From: Candidatus Latescibacterota bacterium
Lineage (GTDB): Bacteria > Latescibacterota > UBA2968 > UBA8231
Reading direction: 5' to 3'
DNA length: 64,000 bases
NCBI GenBank assembly: GCA_965204725.1
Contig: OZ242005.1
Coordinates: 4,659,699-4,723,698, forward strand
The position numbers and the translations under genes are program-made. The first letter of the stretch is position 1, and every line of letters begins with the position of its first letter. Positions 54,223-64,000 of the stretch are shown here, piece after piece. Under the pieces are notes generated by a model that saw only the letters and a program-made list of their open reading frames with translations, did not search any database and was not told the DNA's origin.

Positions 54223-55608
54223 CTACAAGCTATTCAGGACTTTGCCGGGATTCATAAGGTGGTCGGGGTCGAGGGCTCTTTTGATGCGGCGCATGATCTC
54301 GACGCCCGGGCCGCACTCGGCTTCCAGCGCGTCAATTTTGCCCAAGCCGATGCCGTGCTCGCCGGTGCAAGTTCCCCCGGCTTGCAGTGCCCACTCGACG
54401 ATCTGCTCGCCCAGCCGCTGCACTTGCGCCAGTTCCGCGGCATTGCCCGGCTCAATGAGGCAGACGACGTGGAAGTTGCCGTCGCCGACGTGGCCAAAAA
54501 GCGGCGCGGGAAAGTCGAGATCGGCAAGCGCGGCTCGCGTCTGGTGGATGCAGCGAGCAAGGGCCGTGATCGGTACGCAGACATCGGTTACATAGCCGAC
54601 CGAGCCGGGGCGGAGTGCTCGTGAGGCGTAATAGGCATCGTAGCGCGCCTGCCACAAGCGGTCGCGCTCCCCCTCGGCCGTGGCCCAGTGGAAGGGACCG
54701 CCGCCCCGCCGGGCCACGTGCGTGCCGGCGGTTTCAGCTTGTTCGACAACCCCCTTTTCCGAGCCGTGAAATTCAAAAAAGAGCGTTGGTGTCGCCTCGT
54801 AATCAAGGCCCGCGTATTGGTTGCAAGCCCGCATTTGCACTTCGTCGAGCAATTCGAGCCGTGCGACGGGGATCCCCGCGCTCAAGACATCAATGGCCGC
54901 GGCGACGGCTGTGTCGAGATCGGCAAAGGGGCAGACGGCCGCGGCGACGGCCGCTGGCAGCTTGGCTAGGCGTAGGGTTACTTCGGTGATAAGGGCTAGC
55001 GTGCCTTCGGTGCCGACCAGCAGGGCGGTCAGGTCGTAGCCAGCCGAGGATTTGCGCGCCCGCCCACCCACTTCGACGACAGTGCCGTCGGCGAAGACGG
55101 CCTTGAGGCCCAAGACATTGTCGCGCATGGTGCCATAGCCAACCGCAGCACTGCCAGAGGCGCGGGTGGCGGCCATGCCGCCCAAGGAGGCGTCGGCTCC
55201 GGGATCAACCGGAAAGTGCAGGCCGGTTCCTTGCGCTCGGAGATGTTCGTTGAGTTGCTGGCGGGTGACGCCGGCTTCGACTGTGGCGTCCATATCGGCA
55301 GCACTGACGCGGAGGATGCGGTTCATGCGCGAGAGATCAACGCACAGGCCACCGCGCACGGCGACGATACCGCCTTCGACGGCCGTGCCCGTGCCAAAGG
55401 GCACAATCGGCACTTGGTGTGCGCTGCATATCCGGGCGATCTGGGCTACTTCCTCAACGCTTGTGGGAAAGGCCACGGCCTGCGGCGGTTGCGGCGCGTG
55501 GTAGGAGGCGTCAGCCGCGTGGGCGCGGCGCACCTGAGCGGTCACATTCAGGCGCGGGCCGAGGAGAGCGGCCAACTCCGAAAGGGCTTGGGGGGCTATG
55601 GGGTTCAT
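54223..55608 (-). CDS. FAD-linked oxidase (GlcD / D-lactate dehydrogenase-like)
   Basis: 461 aa with an FAD_binding_4 N-terminal domain (VPFGTGTAVEGG) and a C-terminal GEHGIGLGK motif. Confidence 0.85.
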   Translation of the reverse strand: MNPIAPQALSELAALLGPRLNVTAQVRRAHAADASYHAPQPPQAVAFPTSVEEVAQIARICSAHQVPIVPFGTGTAVEGGIVAVRGGLCVDLSRMNRILRVSAADMDATVEAGVTRQQLNEHLRAQGTGLHFPVDPGADASLGGMAATRASGSAAVGYGTMRDNVLGLKAVFADGTVVEVGGRARKSSAGYDLTALLVGTEGTLALITEVTLRLAKLPAAVAAAVCPFADLDTAVAAAIDVLSAGIPVARLELLDEVQMRACNQYAGLDYEATPTLFFEFHGSEKGVVEQAETAGTHVARRGGGPFHWATAEGERDRLWQARYDAYYASRALRPGSVGYVTDVCVPITALARCIHQTRAALADLDFPAPLFGHVGDGNFHVVCLIEPGNAAELAQVQRLGEQIVEWALQAGGTCTGEHGIGLGKIDALEAECGPGVEIMRRIKRALDPDHLMNPGKVLNSL

Positions 55609-55698
55609 GGGCGGGTAATATGTCCAATGGCTAGAGGGCCGTCAAAGAAGCCGATCATCCAACTCAGGTGAGGACAGACGAATAGCCCTTGACAAGTT

Positions 55699-55715
55699 GT
55701 TCGCTATATGCGAAC
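55699..55715. promoter_or_regulatory. possible operator palindrome upstream of the RelE/ParE-XRE operon
   Basis: GTTCGC tatat GCGAAC lies immediately downstream of a TTGACA hexamer (55688-55693) and 10 nt upstream of the toxin ATG. Confidence 0.3.
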
Positions 55716-55724
55716 ATAATTAGC

Positions 55725-56000
55725 ATGAATGCGCGGAAAGGTATGGTGATTGAGTGGGGGGACAAGGCGGTTAGGGACATGCGCCGCCTCGCTGCCCAGG
55801 ACCGCGAGAGAATCATTGCCAAGGTCGAACAGTATGCCAGAGACCCGGTCTCTTTGGCCAACCAAGTGATTATACTGACCGGCAGTGTGTATCGGCGCAT
55901 GAGAGTTGGAGACTATCGAGTTATCTTCGGTATTGAATACAACAAGACCACTATCATAGTGGTACTGAGAGTTCGACATAGGAGGGAAGTCTATGGCTGA
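55725..56000 (+). CDS. RelE/ParE family toxin (HigB-like gene order)
   Basis: 91 aa. The sequence ...AKVEQYARDPVSLANQVIILTGSVYRRMRVGDYRVIFGIEYNKTTIIVVLRVRHRREVY is a typical RelE/ParE fold signature. It overlaps the downstream antitoxin gene by 8 nt. Confidence 0.75.
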   Translation: MNARKGMVIEWGDKAVRDMRRLAAQDRERIIAKVEQYARDPVSLANQVIILTGSVYRRMRVGDYRVIFGIEYNKTTIIVVLRVRHRREVYG

Positions 56001-56331
56001 CGCTGGAACCATTACTTTGCCCCGGGCGGAATACAATGCCTTGATCGCCCGCAATGAAGAGCTTGAAGACAGGCTCGCTGCTCTCGAGGCGGACGACGGC
56101 AGCCGCGTCCCCCACGATGTGGCTCTTGCCATCATGCGCGGCGAGAACCCCGTGGCTGCATTGCGCAATCACCTTGGTGTCACGCTGCGCGACTTAGCCC
56201 AAAAAACGGGGATCGCCGCGAGCTATCTGTCCGAGATCGAGCGCGGGATCAAGCCCGGCTCCGCAGCAACGCTGTCTCGGATCGCCCATGCGCTTGGCAC
56301 GACGATTGATACTTTAGTAATTGAGCCATGA
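55993..56331 (+). CDS. XRE-family HTH antitoxin (HigA-like)
   Basis: 112 aa. The C-terminal HTH_3 domain is LRDLAQKTGIAASYLSEIERGIKPGSAATLSRIAHALG. Confidence 0.75.
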   Translation: MADAGTITLPRAEYNALIARNEELEDRLAALEADDGSRVPHDVALAIMRGENPVAALRNHLGVTLRDLAQKTGIAASYLSEIERGIKPGSAATLSRIAHALGTTIDTLVIEP

Positions 56332-56381
56332 TCTACTGCGATTCACAGCACTTTCCACCTCTAACCGGAGCCTAGACAGAT

Positions 56382-56756
56382 ATGTCACGTCCCCTTCTCA
56401 GCGCGGCCGAGAGCCGCCAGAACCGCATAGACGAATCGTGGGGCCATCTGACTTGGTTGGCGGGCCATCCACAGGGCAATGTCGAGGGCCTCACCTTGGG
56501 CCGCGTCGTCCTCAAAGCCGGCCAAGCCAATCCGCGCCACGCCCACCCCAACTGCGAAGAAGTACTCTACGTGCTCGCTGGCCGCGTAGAGCACAGCTTG
56601 GGCGACCAGTCTTTTACGCTAGCGGTCGGCGATTGCCTCGCCATCCCGGCCGGCGTTTTCCACAACGGAATTAGCCTCGGCCCCGAGGACGCGGATATGA
56701 TCGTGGCCTATTCGGCCGGCGACCGCCAATTCGTCTTGGAAGAAGACCGCTCGTGA
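56382..56756 (+). CDS. cupin domain protein
   Basis: 124 aa with cupin motifs PRHAHPNCEEVLYVLAG and the later AIPAGVFHN. Confidence 0.75.
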   Translation: MSRPLLSAAESRQNRIDESWGHLTWLAGHPQGNVEGLTLGRVVLKAGQANPRHAHPNCEEVLYVLAGRVEHSLGDQSFTLAVGDCLAIPAGVFHNGISLGPEDADMIVAYSAGDRQFVLEEDRS

Positions 56757-56811
56757 CCCTGAGCGACAACGGACCAAAATACGTCTCGACAGAGTCTAAC
56801 CGCGTACTGCG

Positions 56812-57537
56812 ATGGACGCCTACACCCGAGCCGACCTCCAGAGCCATTTAGCAGCCTTGGGCATTGAAGCGGGGGATATCCTCTTTATCCATTCTTCGTT
56901 CAAGAGTCTAGGGCCTGTCGCCGGCCGAGCGCAGACTGTGGTCGATGCTCTCCAAGCCGTGGTCGGTCCCAACGGACTCATCCTGATGCCCTCTTTCCAC
57001 CTGATAGAGCGAAGCGAACGAGCGCGCCGCTGGGACTGGGCCACTACTCCCTCGACCGTGGGCTGGCTGAGCGAGTTCTTTCGCCGCCTACCCGATACCT
57101 ACCGTTCCGATCACTATTCTCACTCGGTGGCGGCCCGAGGGCGCGGGGCCGAGGATTTTGTCGCGGACCATCGACGCCAAGAAGGCTATACTTCGTCTTG
57201 GGATCTGGCTCCATGGGGACGGACCTACGGCACTCACTCGCCCATGTTCCGCGCCTATCGACGCGGCGGAAAAATTCTCATGTTGGGCGTCGATTATCAA
57301 ACTTCTACCTATATCCATCTGGTCGAAGTGCTCTACTGGCATCACCTGCGCCGAACCGATCCCCAAGCGTCCTATCCCGCCTTGGACCGCCCGCGGCTGG
57401 GCGCCTTTTGGGATGCCACCGGCCCGCTGACACAGGGCCTCGTTGGCGCATCCCGGTGCCGGCTTTTCGCCATAGACATATATGTCGATACCCTGCTGGC
57501 CGAGGTCGTGGCAAGCCCCGAACGCTATTTGGCCTGA
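56812..57537 (+). CDS. AAC(3) family aminoglycoside N-acetyltransferase-like protein
   Basis: 241 aa. LAALGIEAGDILFIHSSFKSLG, LILMPSF and TSTYIHLVE are typical of the Antibiotic_NAT family. Confidence 0.8.
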   Translation: MDAYTRADLQSHLAALGIEAGDILFIHSSFKSLGPVAGRAQTVVDALQAVVGPNGLILMPSFHLIERSERARRWDWATTPSTVGWLSEFFRRLPDTYRSDHYSHSVAARGRGAEDFVADHRRQEGYTSSWDLAPWGRTYGTHSPMFRAYRRGGKILMLGVDYQTSTYIHLVEVLYWHHLRRTDPQASYPALDRPRLGAFWDATGPLTQGLVGASRCRLFAIDIYVDTLLAEVVASPERYLA

Positions 57538-57609
57538 TTCTCACTATTCTACGACCGGGTGCTGACCTTGTAGCTCAGAGGGGCCGCAGGTCGTGCAGCG
57601 AGAAGGGGC

Positions 57610-58389
57610 CTACTCGGGGGTGAAGTCGCCGGGTTCGAGAGCGTACCAGTACACAGTGTCGTTGTCGATTAGCGGCTGGATTTCGCGGACATTGCGGACG
57701 CTGGCAATGGCGGCGTGGGCTGGATGCCCGGTGAGTTGGGTGAGTATGGCGGCGTTGCGCTGGGCACGGCTCGTATCGCGTTGGTCGGCGGTGTAGGAAG
57801 CCTCGACCGCGATATAGTGGATAGCACCCGCTGAGTCCGTGCCTTTTACGACCAAATCGGCGCGAACGAAGCTGCGCCGGTCGCTTTGAGGAATGTCGGA
57901 GATCTCGCGTTGGAAAATCATTTGGCCGAGGTCGTCCCTTGTCAGGAGCCCCTTGAACCGGAAGCCCATACCACTGGCGATCTCTAGGAAGCGTGAGTTG
58001 ACCACCTGACGAGCCACGTTGCCGCGCAGTTCACCTATAGCAGTCTCCATTCGCTGGTTGAACTGCCGCTGCTCGTCATTAAACTTGCGCTGCTCCTCAA
58101 ATTTCTTGTCGATGCTGTCGAAACGTCGCTCCACTCGCTCATTGAACTGCCGCTGCTCCTTGTTGAACTGCCGCTGGTTTTCATTGAATTGCCGCTGCTC
58201 GTCATTGAACTGCTGCTGCTGCTCAATAAAGCTCTCGACGCGAGTTTCGAACTTGGCAAGCCGCTCGGGTAGCTGAATCAGCTCGTCGCTGAGAACGTGG
58301 CGGCGGACCGCTTGGCGGAATTCGTCGTTTTCGTTCAGCAGGCGAATCAAATCGTCGGTTGTGTGGATGACGGTCATCATGGTCTCCAA
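57610..58389 (-). CDS. coiled-coil repeat protein with PD-(D/E)XK-like C-terminal domain (DUF3782-like impression)
   Basis: 259 aa. The central part has heptad repeats FN(D/E/K)EQRQ. The C-terminus has ADLVVKG...YIAVEASYT, a nuclease-like D...E pattern. Confidence 0.65.
   Translation of the reverse strand: METMMTVIHTTDDLIRLLNENDEFRQAVRRHVLSDELIQLPERLAKFETRVESFIEQQQQFNDEQRQFNENQRQFNKEQRQFNERVERRFDSIDKKFEEQRKFNDEQRQFNQRMETAIGELRGNVARQVVNSRFLEIASGMGFRFKGLLTRDDLGQMIFQREISDIPQSDRRSFVRADLVVKGTDSAGAIHYIAVEASYTADQRDTSRAQRNAAILTQLTGHPAHAAIASVRNVREIQPLIDNDTVYWYALEPGDFTPE
58058..58225. repeat. 21-bp tandem repeats (TTGAACTGCCGCTGCTCNTCA-like) inside a coding region
   Basis: Four contiguous units run from 58142 to 58225, plus two units at 58058-58099. 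All were read directly and encode the FNxEQRQ heptads on the minus strand. Confidence 0.75.
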
Positions 58390-58466
58390 GGCGTGGGCTG
58401 CTCATGTCCTCGTTGCCTACATCTTAAAATCTCAAAATCGTCTGTGTCTTTGTCAACGAAACCGGC

Positions 58467-59258
58467 TCAGACGCGCATCCGCAGCATGGGGCGGCTAAAA
58501 GACACGTCGAGAAATTGCCCGGTGTGGGCCGAGCGCGTACCAGGAGGCATGAAGTGGATGACAAAGGCGCGGCGCTGGCGATCGGTTTGGTTGGGCGGGG
58601 TGTAGTGTAAGGTTTGGCAGTGGTGGAAGAGCGCGCCGCCGGCGGGTAGATTTATGATGGCGGCTTGGGCTGTATCGACTTGGTCGCCGTAGTCGAGCAA
58701 GGCACTGGTCTGCTCTGACCGCTCGTGCCCGACGGGCGTCAGGTGCGATTCGGGCAGCAGGTGCATGGCGCCGTTTGTCGCATCGACATCGTCGAGCGTC
58801 ATCCAGCAGCTAACCAAATTGGCCGGCATACATTTCCAGTAGGCGTTGTCTTGGTGCCAAAAGACCGGGCCGCCGTGGTGGGCGGGTTTGTACAGGGCTT
58901 GGTCGTGGAAGAGCTGGATATTAGGGCCGATGAGGTCTTCGGTCATGTCGAGGATGCCGGGGTCGTAGAGCAGTTGCCGGAAGAGGATGCTCCGCTCGCA
59001 CATTTGCGTGATCTGCAACATCTGCTCGTCGGCGTTGTTCTTTTCGTCGAGGTCGTCGGTGTCACTGATGGACAGGTTGCGGAAGCACCCGTTTTGGCGC
59101 GCCTCGGCAAAGAGCCGGTCGTATTCATCGCGCAGCAAGGCGATGGGGTCGTCGTCTAGCAGCTTGCCGACGGAGATGAAGCCGCGCCGGCGGAATTGGT
59201 CGATCTGCTCTTGGTCGAGTGCTTTGTGGAGTTGGGGAGCGGACGGGGCTGTGGTCAT
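58467..59258 (-). CDS. phytanoyl-CoA dioxygenase (PhyH) family Fe(II)/2OG oxygenase
   Basis: The start is at an internal ATG preceded by GGAGGAA. QIDQFRRRGFISVGKLL, WHQDNAYW and LLPESH are present. Confidence 0.8.
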   Translation of the reverse strand: MTTAPSAPQLHKALDQEQIDQFRRRGFISVGKLLDDDPIALLRDEYDRLFAEARQNGCFRNLSISDTDDLDEKNNADEQMLQITQMCERSILFRQLLYDPGILDMTEDLIGPNIQLFHDQALYKPAHHGGPVFWHQDNAYWKCMPANLVSCWMTLDDVDATNGAMHLLPESHLTPVGHERSEQTSALLDYGDQVDTAQAAIINLPAGGALFHHCQTLHYTPPNQTDRQRRAFVIHFMPPGTRSAHTGQFLDVSFSRPMLRMRV

Positions 59259-59343
59259 CTGTATTCCTCCTAGTGAAGCGTGCAAATTAACAAGGGCCGC
59301 GACCGATTACAACCGTCGTCACGCGGCGTATAGACGAGCGGTT

Positions 59344-60465
59344 TCATGTGGCCGCGGCGCGGCTCAGGGTGAGTAGCGCGATTTCGGAAGGGGCACCGAG
59401 CCGCAACGGCGGCCCCCAGTAGCCGGTACCGCGGTGGACGTAAATCCAAGTGTCGCGAAATTTGTGCAGGCCGGCGACATAGGGCTGTTGCAGGGGGATT
59501 GCGTACTTCCACGGCACAAACTGACCGCCGTGCGTGTGGCCGGATAGCTGTAAGTGGCAATCGGCTTGGCTGGCGGCTCCTATGCTGCGCGGCTGGTGCG
59601 CGAGTAGGATGCGCACATCGGCCCCGTCGCTGGCGGCAAGGGCTTTGGCCGGGTCTGAGGCGTGGTCGGAGACCATCTCGCCGGCACTGAAGTCGGTCGT
59701 GCCGGCGAGGGCAATCCGTCCGCCGCGGCAGTCGATCGGGCGTCCCTCGTTGATCAAGACATCGAAGCCGAGGCGGCGCGCCTGCTCGGTCCAGCTATCC
59801 ACGCCCGAGTAGTACTCGTGGTTGCCCGTGCAGAAATAGACCCCGAGCGGCGCGGTGAGTTCGGCGAGAGCAGCGGTATGCGGGGCGAGTCGTTTGACCG
59901 GTCCGTCGGCGAGGTCGCCGGTGAAGGCGATGAGATCGGGTTGCAGTTCGTTGACCCGAGCGACAACGCGCTCCACAAAAGGGGCCTTGATGGTCGGGCC
60001 GACGTGGAGATCGCTGATCTGGACGATGCGCAGCCCCACTAGCGCCGGCGGGAGATTCTCGATGGGGACATCGACCCGGCGGACCGCGGGCGTACGGCGG
60101 GCTTGATAGTAGCCATAGCCCGCCGTGACCCAGATCAGCGCAAAAGTCGCCAAGTCGAGGCTGGCATTGAGTGCCGCGTCGATAGGATAGACGAGGCCTA
60201 GGAGCAGCCCCCCTATATCGCGCAGGAATAGCAACGTCGAGCAGACGGTAAAAAAGCCCATGCCTAAATAGGCCACCCAAGCGAGGAGATCGGTCAGCGA
60301 GGTTGGACGGGACCGCAGGCGAAACAGCAACAAGGGCGTCAATAGCAAGAACACCAGCGCCAATGCGGCACCGATATGTGCGGGCGGCGGCAGATAGGGG
60401 ATGAGCCGCCAGCCCGAATAGCCGTAGATCGAGCCGAGCAGCGAGAGGAAAATCAGCGCAAACAT
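59344..60465 (-). CDS. membrane-anchored metallophosphoesterase (YkuE/YaeI-like)
   Basis: 373 aa with N-terminal TM helices followed by QISDLHVG, TGDLADG, GNHEYY and GHTHGGQ. Confidence 0.85.
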   Translation of the reverse strand: MFALIFLSLLGSIYGYSGWRLIPYLPPPAHIGAALALVFLLLTPLLLFRLRSRPTSLTDLLAWVAYLGMGFFTVCSTLLFLRDIGGLLLGLVYPIDAALNASLDLATFALIWVTAGYGYYQARRTPAVRRVDVPIENLPPALVGLRIVQISDLHVGPTIKAPFVERVVARVNELQPDLIAFTGDLADGPVKRLAPHTAALAELTAPLGVYFCTGNHEYYSGVDSWTEQARRLGFDVLINEGRPIDCRGGRIALAGTTDFSAGEMVSDHASDPAKALAASDGADVRILLAHQPRSIGAASQADCHLQLSGHTHGGQFVPWKYAIPLQQPYVAGLHKFRDTWIYVHRGTGYWGPPLRLGAPSEIALLTLSRAAAT

Positions 60466-60620
60466 GCCATGGTCTTTGGTGGCTTTTACTGTGGAGGCGA
60501 CCCCAGCCTCTTACAAGCCGCGGTACAGTTGGCCGCTGGGTCTTGTTTCTCGGCGGCCGAGTTGTTATAAAGGACTTAGAGGCAAAAAGAGTGGCTTATT
60601 TGAATAAAAGGAGACCAATC

Positions 60621-61484
60621 GTGAAAGGCCAACAACTCGACTTTTTCGAGGAAGAAGGGTACGTCATCATCAAAGGCGGGCTTACGGACGACGATCTCGC
60701 GCCGCTCATCGAGGATCACAACATCGTCGTCGATGAAATGGCCCGCGATCTGCACAGGCAGGGCAAGATCGCCAACCGCTACGAAAACGAGCCTTTTGAG
60801 CGGCGCTTGGCTTGCCTCTCAGAGGAGTGCGACGAGGTCGATGGCTGTCCCGACATAGGGGAAACCCGCCGACGCGGCACCTTTGACTTTTTGTGCAACC
60901 CGAACCTCGTCGATCTGATTGAGCCGTTCATCGGCCCAGAAATTACCTGCAATGCCGTGTCGCACGTCCGGCCAAAGATGCCGGCAACCGACGTCGCCTT
61001 TCATCAGGACGCCGTGTTCACCACCCCACAAGCCCAAGGCATCCTACAGGTCACCGTGTGGATCCCCCTCGTCGAGGCGACCGAAGAAAACGGCTGCTTG
61101 CAGGTCCAACCCCGGGTCCATCAACGGCGCATGGTCTATTGGTCGTACGGGCGGGATTTACCCCAAACCGAGCGGATTAGTCTGCCCATGCAAAAGGGAG
61201 ACGTCCTATTCGTGCATAAACTGACCCCCCACGGCTCAGGCCCCAACCACACCAACGCCGTGCGCTGGAGCGTGGACTTGCGCTACCAGAAGACGGGCGC
61301 ACCCTCCCCGCGCCCAGAGTGGCCCAGTCTCGTCGCCCGCAGCCGGCGCGATCCCTCCTCGGAGACGGCTTATGAAGACTGGCACGATCAGTGGGCCGCC
61401 GCGCTCGCAAAAACGCCCCAACAGCTTCGCTACGAACGTCCAACCGAGCCTCGGCCCTTCACCGGCGAGATGTTTCCCGAGTAG
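60621..61484 (+). CDS. phytanoyl-CoA dioxygenase (PhyH) family Fe(II)/2OG oxygenase
   Basis: The GTG is preceded by AAAGGAG. QLDFFEEEGYVIIKGGL, FHQDAVF and a distal LTPHGSGPN are present. Confidence 0.8.
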   Translation: MKGQQLDFFEEEGYVIIKGGLTDDDLAPLIEDHNIVVDEMARDLHRQGKIANRYENEPFERRLACLSEECDEVDGCPDIGETRRRGTFDFLCNPNLVDLIEPFIGPEITCNAVSHVRPKMPATDVAFHQDAVFTTPQAQGILQVTVWIPLVEATEENGCLQVQPRVHQRRMVYWSYGRDLPQTERISLPMQKGDVLFVHKLTPHGSGPNHTNAVRWSVDLRYQKTGAPSPRPEWPSLVARSRRDPSSETAYEDWHDQWAAALAKTPQQLRYERPTEPRPFTGEMFPE

Positions 61485-61524
61485 CGCAGAGTAGCAGATG
61501 CCGATCGCGCAGCGGCTGGTTAGA

Positions 61525-62577
61525 CTAGGCGATGACGCCGCCGCCGAGGCAAACGTCACCGTCGTAGAACACCGCGTGCTGGCCCGGCGCGATGCCGGGG
61601 TCGGGCGTGGCCAACGTGACGTGGGCGCGATCCGGCGTGCGCGTCTGCACCTGACAGGGAATTAGAGTTGGCCCGTGCCGCAGCTTGACGTGGAGCGCGC
61701 CCTGCGCTGGCGCACCGGCGATCCAATGGATGTGTTCGGCGATTAGTTCGCGGCGTCCGGCTCGGGTCGGCGCACTGCCGTGGGCGATGTACACGATGTT
61801 GTTGGCGACGTCTTTGTCCGTTACATACCAAGGGCCGCCGCCGAGTTGCAAGCCGTGCCGCTGACCAATGGTGTAGAACCAATAGCCGGGGTGCTCGCCC
61901 TTCTTTTGCCCGCTTGCCCGCTCGACGATGTCGCCCTGGGCCTCTCCCAAGTGGAAGCGGACAAAATCCCGATAGTTGATCTTACCCAAGAAGCAGATGC
62001 CTTGGCTGTCGGGGCGGTCTTTGGCCGGCAAGTCGAGTTCGGCGGCGAGGGCGCGCACTTGGCGCTTGTGCAGGTGCCCGATGGGCAAGCAGAGCCGAGC
62101 GAGTTGCGCCGCGCTCAGGTTGGAGAGGAAATAGGTCTGGTCCTTGACCCGATCGGCCGCGCACCTAAGCCGATAACCGCCTGCGGCCTCCTCGACGCGG
62201 GCGTAGTGCCCAGAGGCAATTTGCTCGCACTCGCCCGCTACCCGCTGATAAAAGGCACCGAACTTGACGCGCTGGTTGCACCAGATGTCCGGGCTAGGGG
62301 TGCGCCCCAAGCGCAGCTCGGCCAGCGCATACTCGACGATGTGGGTGCGGTACTCGCTTTGCAGCGGCACGACTTCGAGTGGAACCCCGAGCTGTTCGCA
62401 GGTGGCGCGGGCGTAGGACAAATCCGTTTCCCACGGGCAGTCGCCGAGCGAAACCAGCTCATCCTCTAGCCAGATCTTGAGGTAGTAGGCTTTGGGGACG
62501 AGCCGCTTTTCGCGCTGGATCAACGCGAGGGCCAGCGAGCTATCGACCCCACCGGAAAGCAGGACGGCGACATTCAT
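61525..62577 (-). CDS. mnmA: tRNA 2-thiouridine(34) synthase
   Basis: 350 aa with the PP-loop VLLSGGVDSS and the conserved KDQTYFL and CFLG segments. Confidence 0.9.
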   Translation of the reverse strand: MNVAVLLSGGVDSSLALALIQREKRLVPKAYYLKIWLEDELVSLGDCPWETDLSYARATCEQLGVPLEVVPLQSEYRTHIVEYALAELRLGRTPSPDIWCNQRVKFGAFYQRVAGECEQIASGHYARVEEAAGGYRLRCAADRVKDQTYFLSNLSAAQLARLCLPIGHLHKRQVRALAAELDLPAKDRPDSQGICFLGKINYRDFVRFHLGEAQGDIVERASGQKKGEHPGYWFYTIGQRHGLQLGGGPWYVTDKDVANNIVYIAHGSAPTRAGRRELIAEHIHWIAGAPAQGALHVKLRHGPTLIPCQVQTRTPDRAHVTLATPDPGIAPGQHAVFYDGDVCLGGGVIA

Positions 62578-62593
62578 GGGATGCCAGTGCCGG

Positions 62594-63916
<1,323 letters not shown>

Positions 63917-64000
63917 TGGTTTCTCCTTCTCCTTATGGGTGATTTAGCTGTTTAGGCAATTAAGACACGCGCCCGCGAATCGGCAAGCGTCCCGCCAAGT

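Noticed and set aside
58058-58225. 21-bp tandem repeats as a possible CRISPR-like or regulatory array.
   Set aside because: The repeats are contiguous with no spacers. They are in frame and encode heptads of a coiled coil within a 259-aa ORF.
63917-64000. Possible SAH riboswitch upstream of ahcY.
   Set aside because: Only 84 nt of the leader are inside the window. That stretch shows a strong RBS (AAGGAGAAGGAGA) but no recognisable SAH-riboswitch core. It cannot be judged without upstream sequence.

Overview
High-GC (visually about 60-65%) chromosomal segment of a diderm bacterium; an Omp85/BamA-TamA-like protein and a TamB-like protein are both encoded. I cannot assign a phylum from sequence alone. 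The backbone is housekeeping: ilvD, metG, polA, nth, mnmA, ahcY, queC-queE and ssrA/tmRNA. It is interleaved with many small-molecule catabolism genes: two enolase-superfamily enzymes, an aldehyde dehydrogenase, three SDR/MDR dehydrogenases, an FAH-family protein, two MFS transporters, a sugar ABC importer and a DUF2961/GH172-like protein. There are also five paralogous PhyH-type Fe(II)/2-oxoglutarate dioxygenases. Accessory content is scattered and mostly more AT-rich. (1) Five toxin-antitoxin-like modules: HicBA, a second HicB with a truncated HicA, UPF0175/DUF3368, a PIN protein with a small partner, and RelE/ParE with an XRE antitoxin. (2) A decayed islet flanking ssrA: an orphan 343-aa protein, an internally deleted sulfatase and a transposase fragment. 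(3) A low-GC locus with a PD-(D/E)XK nuclease, a stand-alone copy of its C-terminal module and an apparent decayed middle fragment. (4) An AAA-ATPase-like/PD-(D/E)XK fusion protein. (5) A coiled-coil protein built from 21-bp tandem repeats. (6) An AAC(3)-family acetyltransferase. Other notable points are an unclassified ~300-nt promoter-to-terminator element downstream of metG that looks like a structured RNA, a frameshifted myo-inositol-1-phosphate synthase gene, and a short interspersed palindromic repeat family. No CRISPR array, rRNA or tRNA gene was seen. The best candidates for something undescribed are the nuclease locus at 26.7-28.8 kb and the RNA-like element at 35.65-35.98 kb; neither can be proven from sequence inspection alone.
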